Source of the DNA: Carpediemonas membranifera BICM
Taxonomy: Eukaryota > Protista > Fornicata
Assembly: GCA_019828565.1 (NCBI GenBank)
Contig: JAHDYR010000053.1
Location: 408,214 to 472,213, forward strand
Direction: 5' to 3'
DNA length: 64,000 bases
The stretch's first letter is position 1; every line of letters starts with the position of its first letter. The translations under genes and the position numbers were made by a program. The notes beneath the pieces were generated by a model that saw only the letters and a program-made list of their open reading frames with translations, made no database searches and had not been told where the DNA came from. This document shows positions 42,151 to 53,200 of this stretch, piece by piece.

Positions 42151-43854
42151 ATGCTACGTATCATCAGAACTGATTCACTCGCTGAAAAGGACTCTAATGC
42201 ACAGCCGCAGCTGATTTCGCCGTCGATTACGTCGCTGGCGAAGCAACTGCTCGAAGGCACGGAGACAAAGACTGCTCTCGCGCAATACGCCACCAAAATG
42301 AAGCTTTCGGATGAAACATTTCGCCCCATGCTTCGCCAGCAGGCTGCATCTCCTTCTCCCCCGCCGCAACGTCCTCGAGTGCTCTCAGAACACGACCACC
42401 AGCCCGAGATGACCATTGTTGAGGAGCCAGAGCAGAAGCCCAAGGCACCTACTAGTAGTCTTGCACGCACAGTCCGCAAGGAAGACTTTTCGCGGAGGTT
42501 GAGTGACGATCAAGTGATTTCACAGCCCATCACCATCGACGAGCCCACACGAGCTCAGCGCCAAGAGAAGCCTGTCCCACTCGCTGCCCCAGCTCCCTCC
42601 CAAGTGCCCGAGCGCCGCCTGGAGCTGAGTCAGGCTCCCGCTGAGGAGTCCAAGCGCCGTGTGGTGGCCAAGGCCCGGCCCAGGTCAGCCCCACGCCGCC
42701 AGACGCAGGATAACGCGATGGAGGTGTTCTATGAGCGTACCAAGATGTGGCAGGCAAGGCGGGATGCAGAGGTCAAGCGCCAGAAGGAGATCGAGGAGGA
42801 GGGCGAGTTGGCCGAGTGCTCTTTCAGGCCGAGGATTAACCAGAGGCCTGCTAGCGCCCCAAGGGTACGAACGAACGCGGATGTAGTCACTAGACTGTAC
42901 AATGACGGTCTTAGGAAACGTGATCTTGTCGTGGAAGAGGCTGAACGCCTCAAAGAGGAGGAATTCAAAGAAGCTCACACGTTCAAGCCGACAACCGTGG
43001 CCAAGCGACGGACGGCAGTGGAGGCCCGCAGTAGGGTGTCCGCCACTCCCAAACAGGTCCACCACCCGGAACCATCGGCTGAATTTACGTTCAGACCGTC
43101 GATTAGGAGACGACCGGTGTCAACCCGGCGAGATAGTCTGGGTGTGCCGGCCCACGAGAGATTGTACCAGATGTCACAGTCCGTCCGGCAGATTAAGCCG
43201 CCGACAACACCGGCCAAGGTCAGCAGCAAGGCCAGCTTCGACGAGTTCTTGAGGAGACAGCAGCAGACGCAGGCGATGAAGCAGCAGCATTGCGAGATGA
43301 TGGCGCGACAGAACGAGAACACGTTCCAGCCGCAGCTTTGTTCGAAGAGCAAGCAGCTCGTAGCCCTTCGCTCGACGCTGGGAGCAACCGAGCGTGTTCG
43401 CCAGAAGTCACGAAGCAGTTTAGAGAACGAGCAGAAAGAATGCACTTTCCAGCCCAAAATCCACGCCCGGTCCCAGCGCTTGAGGCCTCGCACAGCCACA
43501 GAACTTTCCCTCATAGACTTCCAGCGAGCAGAGGCGAAGAAGGAACAAGCCAGACTCCACAAGCAGCAAGCAGAGCTCGCGGAGGCCACGTTCCAGCCCA
43601 AGATCATGTCCCGCGGCGCTCACGGCAGGCTCCAGCTAAACAATGATCCCGACTCGTACATCGACAGAGTCACTCGGCAAGCGGAGAGACAGAGCGTTGT
43701 TAGGGCACGGGCCAAGGCGACTCAGCTCCAAAAGGAGTTGAAGGAGTGCACTTTTACGCCAGCAATCACTGCGCTGCCGAGAAAGAAGGAGGGGGCAGCA
43801 GGTGCGGTGGACGGGTTCACACTGGGTCGTGACCGCGGCGGGTACGGTAGATAG
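42151..43854 (+). CDS. Coiled-coil protein with ECTFxP repeats
   Basis: ECSFRPRIN, HTFKP, FTFRPSI, NTFQPQL, ECTFQPKI, ATFQPKI, ECTFTPAI. Confidence 0.75.
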   Translation: MLRIIRTDSLAEKDSNAQPQLISPSITSLAKQLLEGTETKTALAQYATKMKLSDETFRPMLRQQAASPSPPPQRPRVLSEHDHQPEMTIVEEPEQKPKAPTSSLARTVRKEDFSRRLSDDQVISQPITIDEPTRAQRQEKPVPLAAPAPSQVPERRLELSQAPAEESKRRVVAKARPRSAPRRQTQDNAMEVFYERTKMWQARRDAEVKRQKEIEEEGELAECSFRPRINQRPASAPRVRTNADVVTRLYNDGLRKRDLVVEEAERLKEEEFKEAHTFKPTTVAKRRTAVEARSRVSATPKQVHHPEPSAEFTFRPSIRRRPVSTRRDSLGVPAHERLYQMSQSVRQIKPPTTPAKVSSKASFDEFLRRQQQTQAMKQQHCEMMARQNENTFQPQLCSKSKQLVALRSTLGATERVRQKSRSSLENEQKECTFQPKIHARSQRLRPRTATELSLIDFQRAEAKKEQARLHKQQAELAEATFQPKIMSRGAHGRLQLNNDPDSYIDRVTRQAERQSVVRARAKATQLQKELKECTFTPAITALPRKKEGAAGAVDGFTLGRDRGGYGR

Positions 43855-44024
43855 GCCGCACTGGTTGGTTCATTGCTGTGTCGTTTGTTTTCGTATTTAC
43901 CCGTGTTTACGTGATTTGTAGTCGTATATCGCCTAAATAGGCCATGTTATGTAAAATATCGAGACCCCACCCCACGAAACATAGTTTAGTCCATCAAATA
44001 TCGATCAAATCTATAATACACGCC

Positions 44025-45161
44025 CTACTCCTCAGCCAGCAAGCTCTCAATATGCACCTGTCTTCTATCCAGCGCCTTCAGAGTACTGAGTATCCCATCC
44101 AAGTCCCAGCCCCCGCTGCCTGTGCTATCTCTGCTCTGGGCGATCCTCGGTGTGTGGTCGATCCCGTCCGACTCATCCAGAGTCATCGGAGTCCTAGAGA
44201 CTGTGGCCGGGTGATGTGGGGCCGGTGTTGGCGTGGGCTGTGGCGGTGTCTGGGTTTCCCGGGTCTGCCTGTGTTCGTACGGTCGCAGGGTCGACCCTGC
44301 TGGTGTAACTGGTGTGTAAATGTCATGGGCCCTAGTTGGGGTCGGTTCCCGGTCATCGCCCAGATCTGACCTGGTCAGCTCCTCTTCCAAGACGTCGATG
44401 AGGTCTGGGTCGCTGAGCACGTCCTGGGCGATCTCTGGTGACATTCCAGGGGGCAGCGTGGCTCTGTCCAGGAGTTCGGCGAGTCTGCCGGAAGCAGCCA
44501 GTGACGCGAGCATTTGCCGAAGCTCTGAAGGTCCAGCAGTCTTCTCCGAGGGCCGCTGGGCTGGCGTAGGCGGCATTTTCACCTCGATAGTGACCACCTC
44601 GCAGTCGGAGTGGTCACAGTAAGAGCTAGGGCTCACCTCGGACAACGCGGGGCGTGGGTTTGATATCTCGTCAATTTCCTGGTCCAGCATCCTCTCGTCG
44701 TCGTTACGATGGGATAATACGAGTCCGTTCTCGCTTATATCATCAGTCAATGTGGACCTATTCGAGCCTCCCGACATCTCGGTGTCGTTCCCAACCTGTG
44801 CTGTTGTTGAATAGGCGTTGGTGACGTCAGACATGTTTGAACGAACGGCCTCTCTGTCCCACGCTGCTCCAGACCACTTGGAGAACGAGGAGGTGAAGCG
44901 GGTGGAGCGAGAGTTGGGGCGGAAGGACACATTGGGCTGGTCAGCGGGTGTAGAGCGGTGGTACTCGTCTGATGGATACCTATTAGACATATATAACGAA
45001 TGAGGCGATGGTTGTGCGAAAGTTTCACGAGATGGGTCGTATTGGCGCTCTTGACGGTTTGGCGGAGTGTATGGGATGCTTGGACTGGATTCAAATGACG
45101 GAGGCTTCGAAAAATACGGCCTCCTAGCACTGGGAGTGGTTCTTTGCCATCCGCTTTGCAT
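44025..45161 (-). CDS. Hypothetical Ser/Pro-rich protein
   Basis: 378-aa ORF, no domain recognised. Confidence 0.55.
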   Translation of the reverse strand: MQSGWQRTTPSARRPYFSKPPSFESSPSIPYTPPNRQERQYDPSRETFAQPSPHSLYMSNRYPSDEYHRSTPADQPNVSFRPNSRSTRFTSSFSKWSGAAWDREAVRSNMSDVTNAYSTTAQVGNDTEMSGGSNRSTLTDDISENGLVLSHRNDDERMLDQEIDEISNPRPALSEVSPSSYCDHSDCEVVTIEVKMPPTPAQRPSEKTAGPSELRQMLASLAASGRLAELLDRATLPPGMSPEIAQDVLSDPDLIDVLEEELTRSDLGDDREPTPTRAHDIYTPVTPAGSTLRPYEHRQTRETQTPPQPTPTPAPHHPATVSRTPMTLDESDGIDHTPRIAQSRDSTGSGGWDLDGILSTLKALDRRQVHIESLLAEE

Positions 45162-45347
45162 TCGGAGTTCTCGGTCGTTCAGAAAATCACAGAGACTTTT
45201 CCAACGACCAGACTAAACTGCGCGTTACTGCAGGCCCGCCCCGGGGTAGCCTCTTCGGGCGCAGCGGTAGCGTCTCGCGTTGAGCCGAGTTCATTCCTTA
45301 TTCTGCGAAATAGTACCGAGGGAATCTCTTGCAAACTAGCCTAGTGA

Positions 45348-46004
45348 ATGAGCCAGGACGCTGAAGAAACTATAGAGGAGCTTGAAAAGGAGCTGTTGGA
45401 AAGCCCTGGCTACGAAGATCACAATGACCAGTTCGGTGCTGACGAAACAGGTGATGCCAAGCCAAAAGACAGTGGCGACGATGCCAGAGACGGCAACGAT
45501 GATGTGGACGACCTCGAGAACGAGCTTGATGAGCTTGAGAAGGATGTTGATGAGACACACCGCAAGATCGAGGAGACCCGCCAGCAGCTCGCTGGCAGCC
45601 ACGGCATGTCCGTCGAGTCCCTCGGCGTGACCCGCGAGGAGGACGAACGCTCCGTTTTCATCACTGGCTTCGATCCTGCCGCCACCGATAAGGACATCGA
45701 AGGCTACTTCGCCAAATGCGGGGAGATTGTTCGTGTAACGATCAAGCGCACCCCCGCCGGCGGCAGCAAGGGCCAGGCGTTCATCGAGTTCAAGGACTTC
45801 GACTCTGTGAAGATGGCTGTGATGCTCCACGACTCAATCTTCCGCGGAAGAGAGATCAGAGTGCTTCCCAAGCGGACTAACATCCCAGGGATGGGGGTCA
45901 AGAGGCTGAACACCCGTGGCAGGGGTGGTTATCGTGGTCGCGGCGGCCGGGGCGGGTTCCGGGCCCGCGGGGGGTATAGAGGAAGAGGCCGGGGCCGGTA
46001 CTGA
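45348..46004 (+). CDS. PABPN1: Nuclear poly(A)-binding protein (PABPN1/Pab2)
   Basis: Acidic coiled coil, single RRM (RSVFI, KGQAFIEF), KRTNIPG, RGG tail. Confidence 0.88.
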   Translation: MSQDAEETIEELEKELLESPGYEDHNDQFGADETGDAKPKDSGDDARDGNDDVDDLENELDELEKDVDETHRKIEETRQQLAGSHGMSVESLGVTREEDERSVFITGFDPAATDKDIEGYFAKCGEIVRVTIKRTPAGGSKGQAFIEFKDFDSVKMAVMLHDSIFRGREIRVLPKRTNIPGMGVKRLNTRGRGGYRGRGGRGGFRARGGYRGRGRGRY

Positions 46005-46345
46005 GGCGATGAGCGGCGATTTGATAAATGAATGCGAACGGTGGAGAGGGGGTGGAGGATGCATCAGTGTGTCTGAGTAGGCTGACTTCCAGTGGTGAAT
46101 ATTTCGAGGAAGGTTGGGTAGTGTGTCTTAAAGTGCGGTGGCCATGGTGGAGACACTGCCGTTGGGGTAGAAGTAGTTCTGCCGTTGAGGTGCTGATTGT
46201 AAAGATACCCCCCTTAATTTCTGAGCACTGGGCTCCTGGGTATTATATATAAACGGTTTTATGTAAACATCCGTGTTGCTGGGCTTGGAACTTCACTCGT
46301 GGCCATCATTTGATCACTGCTGGCCACCGCACTTTAAGACACACG

Positions 46346-47260
46346 ATGATGACCAATTTGAGCGAAATGGAGCTTACGAGCGTTTATTTGGTCAGTTCTA
46401 TGATGAAACCTTACTCAGTGGGTCGATAAGTTCAAGTTTTCTCGCGGGAAAAGCAATATTTCTCGAGATTTCAGCGATGCACGCTCTTTTGCAGAGCTTG
46501 TTGAGCAAATCCAGCCATCGCTTGCAACAGCAGATCATTATCCCGAAGCATTTTCGATCCTCGAGAAAGAAAAGAATTGGCGGCATGCCAGTGGTACGTT
46601 ATCAGCCTAGTCGGTTACTCAGAAAAGATCCTTGCCAAGCTTGGCATCGAGCTCACAGAGGAAGAGGTCGCAGAGCTTGCCGGGTCCACTCCCGGTGCTA
46701 TCGAGAATTTCCTCTTTCTAGTTCGCCCATCTCTTGAATCTTACGTACCCAGGAAGCGGAACATCGTCCATCGTGAAAGTGCAAAACCCAAGTCATATAT
46801 TGAGCGGCATATGACGGGGACAAAGCAGGTCAGCGCTGGGGCTAGGTCGACCCGTTCCCAGAGCCCGAGACAGCACCCCAAGGCCTCTCGCCCCAAACCA
46901 AGAGCTGGGCCCGGGATCCCAAAGCCAAGGCCCAGCCCCAGGCCGAGCTCAACCCGACGCGCCGCCCCTATGCCTTCTGAGCGTCCCTACCCAGCTCGCT
47001 CAGTCGCCTCTTTCGAGTCAGACGACTCAGCCTCGTCTTACCACTCGTCGGGCAGCGACAAGGAGATCGAGCGAGACTTCGACGAGGTGTCTACAAAGGG
47101 TGGGCCGACTATTGAGGCTTATATCAGGATGAAACACGAGCTGGATGAGAAGATGAAGCTCGTGGCTTTATTAGAGGAGAAGAACAGGCAGCTCCAGCGG
47201 CTCGCGAGGGTGAGAGGGGACCAGGTTGAGTTACTCAAGCGGCACCTGGCTGGTGTATGA
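46346..47260 (+). CDS. SPEF1: SPEF1/CLAMP-like flagellar CH-domain protein, 3 exons (introns 46391-46418, 46594-46622)
   Basis: Spliced product SVYLWVDKFKFSRGKSNISRDFSD...KNWRHASEKILAKLG...PGAIENFL plus C-terminal coiled coil. Confidence 0.85.
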
Positions 47261-48047
47261 GGTGGTGTTGTGTTGCTGGACCAGGATGAAGGGTCGGCTG
47301 GCCTTTGTACATACGCTTGTGAGGTAATATAAATGGAGGAGGACTTGGGCAATTATGCGATAAATTGGACTTTGGGGTTGGCTTCATGTGAGGCAGTGTG
47401 CAAGATGCTATTCAGACCACATGAGCTTGCGTGCGGCTAGGTGACATTTACTGCTGACGAATCTTCTTTCGTGTGAACAGACAGACCAACACTGGTCTGC
47501 TCGGTTTCATTCCGTGGTTGTGTCAACTGTACAAAGTCACACCTCACCCATCTTCCCGCACTCACAACAGACTACATTCCGTCGTGTGGGCGTTGTTAGA
47601 CTAGCACCACATTACAGGCGATTCATCCCGTCTTAGACCATGTCACAATTGAGCGTTTTGTATCATAGTTTTCAGTCACAGTCCGAAGCATATTTATGAT
47701 GGACTGATTTAACTCACACTTGCCATGACTGACGAGCTATTCCCTACTAAAGGACTGTCTCATGATTTTACCAGGTTGTGCGAGTGAGGGGAAAGTCCTA
47801 CATTGCTTCGTCGATCAGAAGCTGCAATGATTTTGATGAATACTCAATCTACCAACTGCGATAAGCATTTCAGGGCGCAAGACTTACTAGTCCAGTACTC
47901 AAATTTGACTATCAGAACGGGATGGCGCTACATCGTCAGTAAGGTTACCTCGGGTAACGGGCCCGGAGCGGAGGGCGATGCGATAGCCTCACTCCGGGCA
48001 AAAGGTGTTTCGCCGGTCAGGCGAGTCACGCAGTTTATGCGGACAGA

Positions 48048-48602
48048 ATGGCGCAGGGTTCGGATCCGCCGGATCCGACGGCAACACGCTTAGATAAGCT
48101 AGAAGCTTCAATCAATTCCATGTCCGAAGCCCTGAACAGGCTTGCTCCTCCGCCTCCGCCAGAGAAAGAACCTGACGACGAAATGCTCGAAAGTTCCACC
48201 GTTGCTAGGTTCAATACCTCCGAATCGTTGGAGGAGGACACGATGGAGGACATAGATGCAACTCTGGCAGAGATGGACACCTTCTCGGAGTTACCAAGCA
48301 AGAGACCTCTCAAGGCAGAAGCGAAGTGGCTTCAACGCGTTGTCGTGATCACTAGTGCTCTCCCAGATTCCGCGACGAAACAACGTCTTCTTCTCGAACT
48401 ACAGGCTCGTAGAATGGTCCTAGACCTCAAAGATGATAACTGGTCCGATGCCACGACCGAGCTGTTTCAGGACCTCTTCAACAGCACAGAAAGCAAGAGC
48501 AGCCGCACCATCGCTTACTGCGCAGCGAAGGCCCGCTCTAAGGGCAGGCGTAAGGACACCAGCGGTAACATGGGGGGGTTTCACAAGAAGAAGAGAACAT
48601 AA
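48048..48602 (+). CDS. gag-like ORF1 of the DIRS-like element
   Basis: 184-aa ORF with coiled coil and basic tail, overlapping the RT ORF as in DIRS elements. Confidence 0.55.
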   Translation: MAQGSDPPDPTATRLDKLEASINSMSEALNRLAPPPPPEKEPDDEMLESSTVARFNTSESLEEDTMEDIDATLAEMDTFSELPSKRPLKAEAKWLQRVVVITSALPDSATKQRLLLELQARRMVLDLKDDNWSDATTELFQDLFNSTESKSSRTIAYCAAKARSKGRRKDTSGNMGGFHKKKRT

Positions 48603-49698
48603 CAACCTCTGTTCATCAATTCCCGTCGATGAACGCGAGGTGGTGGTTATGGGAAAGGCTCGGCGCCTCGGACGAGGTGGTCGGCTGGCTCCGTCACGGC
48701 GTACCTATCAAGCTAACAGGCACTCCCCGCCACCCACGCCACAACGGCGCCTGGACCCACGGCTCACCCCAAGGCTCGACGAGATGGTCCGACTTGGCGT
48801 GATCTCACCCTGTACCAGCGGGCAACTCCGGCACAGTGCCCCGCTCTTCGCGGTTGCAAAGGGCGAGCACGATGTCCGCCCGGTACACGACCTACGCGAC
48901 CTCAACGCAATCACTGCGGAGACGCGGGTCTTCCGGCTCTTCGGCCTAAAACGAGCAGTGCGCAACCTCAAGCGCAACGACTTCATGCTCAAGATCGACT
49001 TAGCCTCCGGCTACCACCAGATGGGTGTGGCTCCGACCGACTCCACGCTACTGGGGATCGTCCTCCCGAACGGGCAGGCGTACAGATACAACACACTAGG
49101 GTTCGGCTGGACCGCTGCCCCGTTCGTGTTCCAGTCTACGTCCATCCAGCTAGCAAAGATACTCGCGAACCGCTTCAACGTGACAATAGCGGTGTACCTC
49201 GACGACTTTCTCATCTCACATCGGTCACGTCGCCACCTAGCAGACGCCGCTCCCCAAATAGTCGCGCTCATGAGGTCGCTGGGAGCTATCCCAGGGCTCA
49301 ACAAGTGCATCCTAACTCCCACACAACGCCTGGAGTACCTAGGAGTCACCATCAACACAGCCGCCGAGACACTGCAGATTTCCAAGGACAGAGCCGATCG
49401 CTATGCAACATCAATCGAGCAGGCCCTCAGGGCCGGCAGGATCGATGCAACCGAGTGGCAACGCCTACTAGGCCGCCTCTCGTTCTTCGCAAGTACGACA
49501 CAGTTCGCCAGGCTCCAGCTCAGATCACTCCAGGCCCTACATCCCGCCCCGACGCTTCACATCTCGCAGCAGATGCGTCGCCAGCTCAACAGCTGGCTAG
49601 CGCTGCTCAGAGATCGTCCATCCAGACCCTTCGCTCAGGCCAGGGCAGACTGGGAGATCAAGGACGAACTCCAGCTCTCGGTCGCATCCGACGCGTCC
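48433..49698 (+). pseudogene. DIRS RT/RNase H, 5' part (disrupted at the RNase H SDAS motif). Other pieces at 56599-56730 and 63936-64000.
   Basis: RT motifs are present and the frame continues after each LINE copy. Confidence 0.85.
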
Positions 49699-49714
49699 AA
49701 AAATTTTCCGCACC

Positions 49715-50260
49715 ATGGGCAAAAGTAGTTCTGGCTACAGAGGCCCAATCTTAGCGAAAGACACTGGTCCGCAACCACAAAGTACCACTGCTGCTCAAAG
49801 CAGTATCGCCGACCAACGCTTCCTGACGAGGAAGCACCTCAAATATGTTTCATCCGCCCCTCCTGTCCTCAAAAGACAACTACTAGCAGGCATTGCCTTT
49901 ATTGGGGACCCCGTAATCATCCATCCCTTCAAAACTGAGCTTGCAACACACTCATCGACGGGCAATTTCGTCTCGGTGGCAATCCCAAACCTAAAACGGG
50001 ACAACGCCCGCTATAAGCGGGCTAAGGATGCCTGTAATGACCTACTCCAAGATGCTGAGCACCTTGCAGCTGCATTTGGGCTCTCCATCCGGGAAGGTAT
50101 CCTCAAACTCTTTCCCCTCATTGCCTATGATCTTGTCCACACGGTTGGAACGCTTAAGGCTGCCCTAATCCACTGCAGGTTCACGGGACTCCCCCAGCTA
50201 GCAGCATGGACTGGAGCAAGTTCGCAGATTTCATCTCCGCCAGATGCCCTACAGTGTTAG
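49715..50260 (+). CDS. LINE ORF-A (181 aa, unknown function)
   Basis: Starts 16 nt from the element 5' end and is identical in copy 2 (56747-57292). Confidence 0.6.
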   Translation: MGKSSSGYRGPILAKDTGPQPQSTTAAQSSIADQRFLTRKHLKYVSSAPPVLKRQLLAGIAFIGDPVIIHPFKTELATHSSTGNFVSVAIPNLKRDNARYKRAKDACNDLLQDAEHLAAAFGLSIREGILKLFPLIAYDLVHTVGTLKAALIHCRFTGLPQLAAWTGASSQISSPPDALQC

Positions 50261-53200
50261 ACCAACGGAACGATCCTTGGCCTCCAACCATATCCACTGT
50301 CCCGAACTCTCCGAGCCTGACATGGCAGGCAGTCGGTCAAAGAGAGCCTCTTGGTCCCCGCATCGCTCACTCCGGCCGGCCCGGCCCCATTGTATCTCCG
50401 GATGGTCTCAACCTCACGCCGTTCATGGGCCTCGAGGTAATCCACTTACTGTATGGCGCCTCTCCCGTGTTGGGAGGACATGCGATGACTGAGCTTTATG
50501 CCGAATGGGGTGGAGCCACAGCGGCCGACCTTCAGTCTTCCTTATCGAATACCTTATCAGACAGCCTTATCTCTCCCATTCGCCGGAAGGCCTATCCAGT
50601 CGATGACTCTACTATATCCATAAGTTCCTGTTCAAACTCTGATGTTGAGCTCGCAAGCCCGATCCCTGTTAGCGTGGAAGAGGTTGCGCGGCAGATTCGG
50701 AAAGAAATATCGTCTTGCGAAGAGAACAGCATTTATCCATCATCCCCGATCGTAGCTGAGGAGCCTAACGCCCGTTGGGGCCCTCTCATGAGCATCCCAG
50801 TTCACGCCGACGGCAACTGTGGCCTTCACTCACTTGCTGTCTCTCTGGGTATGACGGGCCTGACGAGACGAGAAGCCGTGTCGAAACTTGCCTCCGCCAT
50901 CCAGAATGGTACAGTGGATCTTAACTCCTCGTGGAGATCCACGGTGCGCACTTTAACCACACACACCACCGCTAGCGACATTGGTAGTGCCTTCCTATCC
51001 ACCACAGACCTCCGCAATATTGCATCGCTCTTCGGAAAAAATGTGCTTATTGCTCATCGATATGATGCCAACACAGTCTCAGTAACCATCCCAGCATTAT
51101 CCGAGTTCTCTACACTTCCTCTCAATATTGACGCGCTCAAAACGATGCTCAAAACCGATTACATCCTCATTAGACTAAGTGCTCTGCACTTCACGCCTCT
51201 TTTTCCGTCTGTGAGGAGCGCAGAAGCAAGGCGCCTGCAATATGCTGAATATCGTCCAAGAAGAGCCCCCTCTAGTGTGGCTCGCAACAACATCGCCGCT
51301 GAAGGCCTCGATAGCGCCCCCTCTAGTGTGGCCCGCAACAACCGTGATGGCGTCCATGGCGCTCTCATAGGCTTGTCTGGCAAGAGAGAGGGTCCTGTTT
51401 CTCATATCCTAGTGGTCGACTTTGAAGGACTAGGAACTGCCGTAGACCGCAGAGCCACCAAACAGAGTCGCGTCTCATATCCCGTAGAGGCCGGCGCCAC
51501 ACTCCTAGCCCGCGTCAAGGATCCTGAAACGGGGATAATGATGTGGGACGTCGCAGGGGTCCACTGGGGCGGCTTAGAAGTTGATATCCCAGCGCAGTTA
51601 ATGCAGACAGCTTTATACCAAGCGGCAGTTGTTCATGGGTGTCCTCCCATGAGCTTCAGAGTACACCCCGACCACCCCGGGATCTCATTCCCCAGCCCGA
51701 CCGACTGGCTTCACCACCTCACGGTCATAGTGAGCTCCCTCCCGAACTGCATCATGGTCGCCAAAGACCCGAGACTTGAGAACTCCGTCCTAGAGTCATG
51801 GGTCTCGGAAAGCGATGCCCCCTTCCTTGACAAGGTCTATGACATAAGTGATCTAGAGTCCATAGACAAAAGATCCTTTGGGCATATCCATGACTACTGC
51901 CGTTCACCCGAGTTCTCTGAGGCGATGTCGATAGCCCAATGTCTCACAATGGTGAAGTGCCCCTGCCCGTACCACATTGGAACAGATCCAGGCTACCATT
52001 GTGCTCTCAGTGACACTGTAGCTTTCGCGGCGGTACTGCACACAGTCTCATGTCTCGACCGAACATCTAGGGGAGCTATCACATCCACGTACTCTGAAAT
52101 CACTGATGCATGGAGGAAAGACTTGGATGTCCTCATCGGCAACTGGTCCTCTCTCCTGCCCGACCTGGCCGTGCTACTACTCCAAGACCTCCACCTGCCA
52201 ACGCTTGAGGAGCTGCACCACATCCTCAAGGAGTACGTAATAGCACCTAAGGGTGGCTGCTCCTTCCCCACAGGTGATAGGGCCAGACAGGCTATGACGC
52301 GCCGTCAATTTATTGCAGTGCGGAGCCCAGCTCGGCGAGGGTGGGAATGGTTTGATCCTCTTGCCAAGATGATAGCGGTGGCGGATGCGGCAGGCATAGT
52401 CCCTCCAAACAGCCTAGAACAGCCATTCATCAGGATAGCGACGGTGAATAACGACAGCTCCTTCAGCAATCAGTTGACGGCTCAGCAAGTTTACTGGGAG
52501 TGCCCTCCTCACCGAGACCTACCGCAATCTGCTGCAGAGCTTCTGGCTCTCAACGTTCCTCCCTCGGCAGACAACTCCAAAGGAGTAGTCAAGAGGTCCT
52601 ACAGAGCGCCGGATCATTGGTTTCTAGTCCCGAGAATCCCCAACAAGCCAGTGCGAGGGCTCCGCAAAGTCAGACTGAGAGGGCCCATGACTCGAGGAGA
52701 CATGGATGCCCTCATACAGAAGGCAGAAACAGCATGGGTCAGCGAAGCGTGGGACCTTTCTCCGGTGTTCAAAGCTCTCCAGAGTGCCCGAGCTCACGAC
52801 GGTAACTGGAGTAAGGTTGAGCCACCGGCTTCTTCCACGCCAGCTCCAAGCTTAGCCACGCGAGTCTCGCCTGCGACCTTCAGGAATCAGAGAGGGCGAA
52901 GTCAAGCAGGTAGACGACCAGTAAATGGTCACCTCTACTCGTGGAATTGCACATCACTCAACATCACCAAGATGACTCTTGCTCTAGTACAAGACGTGGA
53001 CATCATGGCCATTCAGGAGCTATGGTGGTGGGCCCAGTCCCCGGAGCTGCCCACAACGAATGACAAGGTCCTGCTATACCACGGAGTGATCAAGTCAGAG
53101 TCCGAGACAAAGCATCTAGGCGTAGGCATCATGCTGAGGAAGGAATTAGCTGAGCTCTGCACATACGTCGAGAACCAACCCCACTCTCCAAGGTTGATTC

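Noticed and set aside
47300-48040. Possible ncRNA/snoRNA or DIRS terminal repeat (hairpin CAGACCA-ACAC-TGGTCTG near 47483)
   Set aside because: No diagnostic motif set, and the element's other end is outside the window, so termini cannot be compared
48433-49698. Gypsy/Copia LTR element
   Set aside because: No protease before RT and no LTR or PBS seen. Overlapping gag/RT and the SDAS..WG / HIxxKEL / SDN RNase H motifs fit DIRS. The tyrosine recombinase is not visible in the window.
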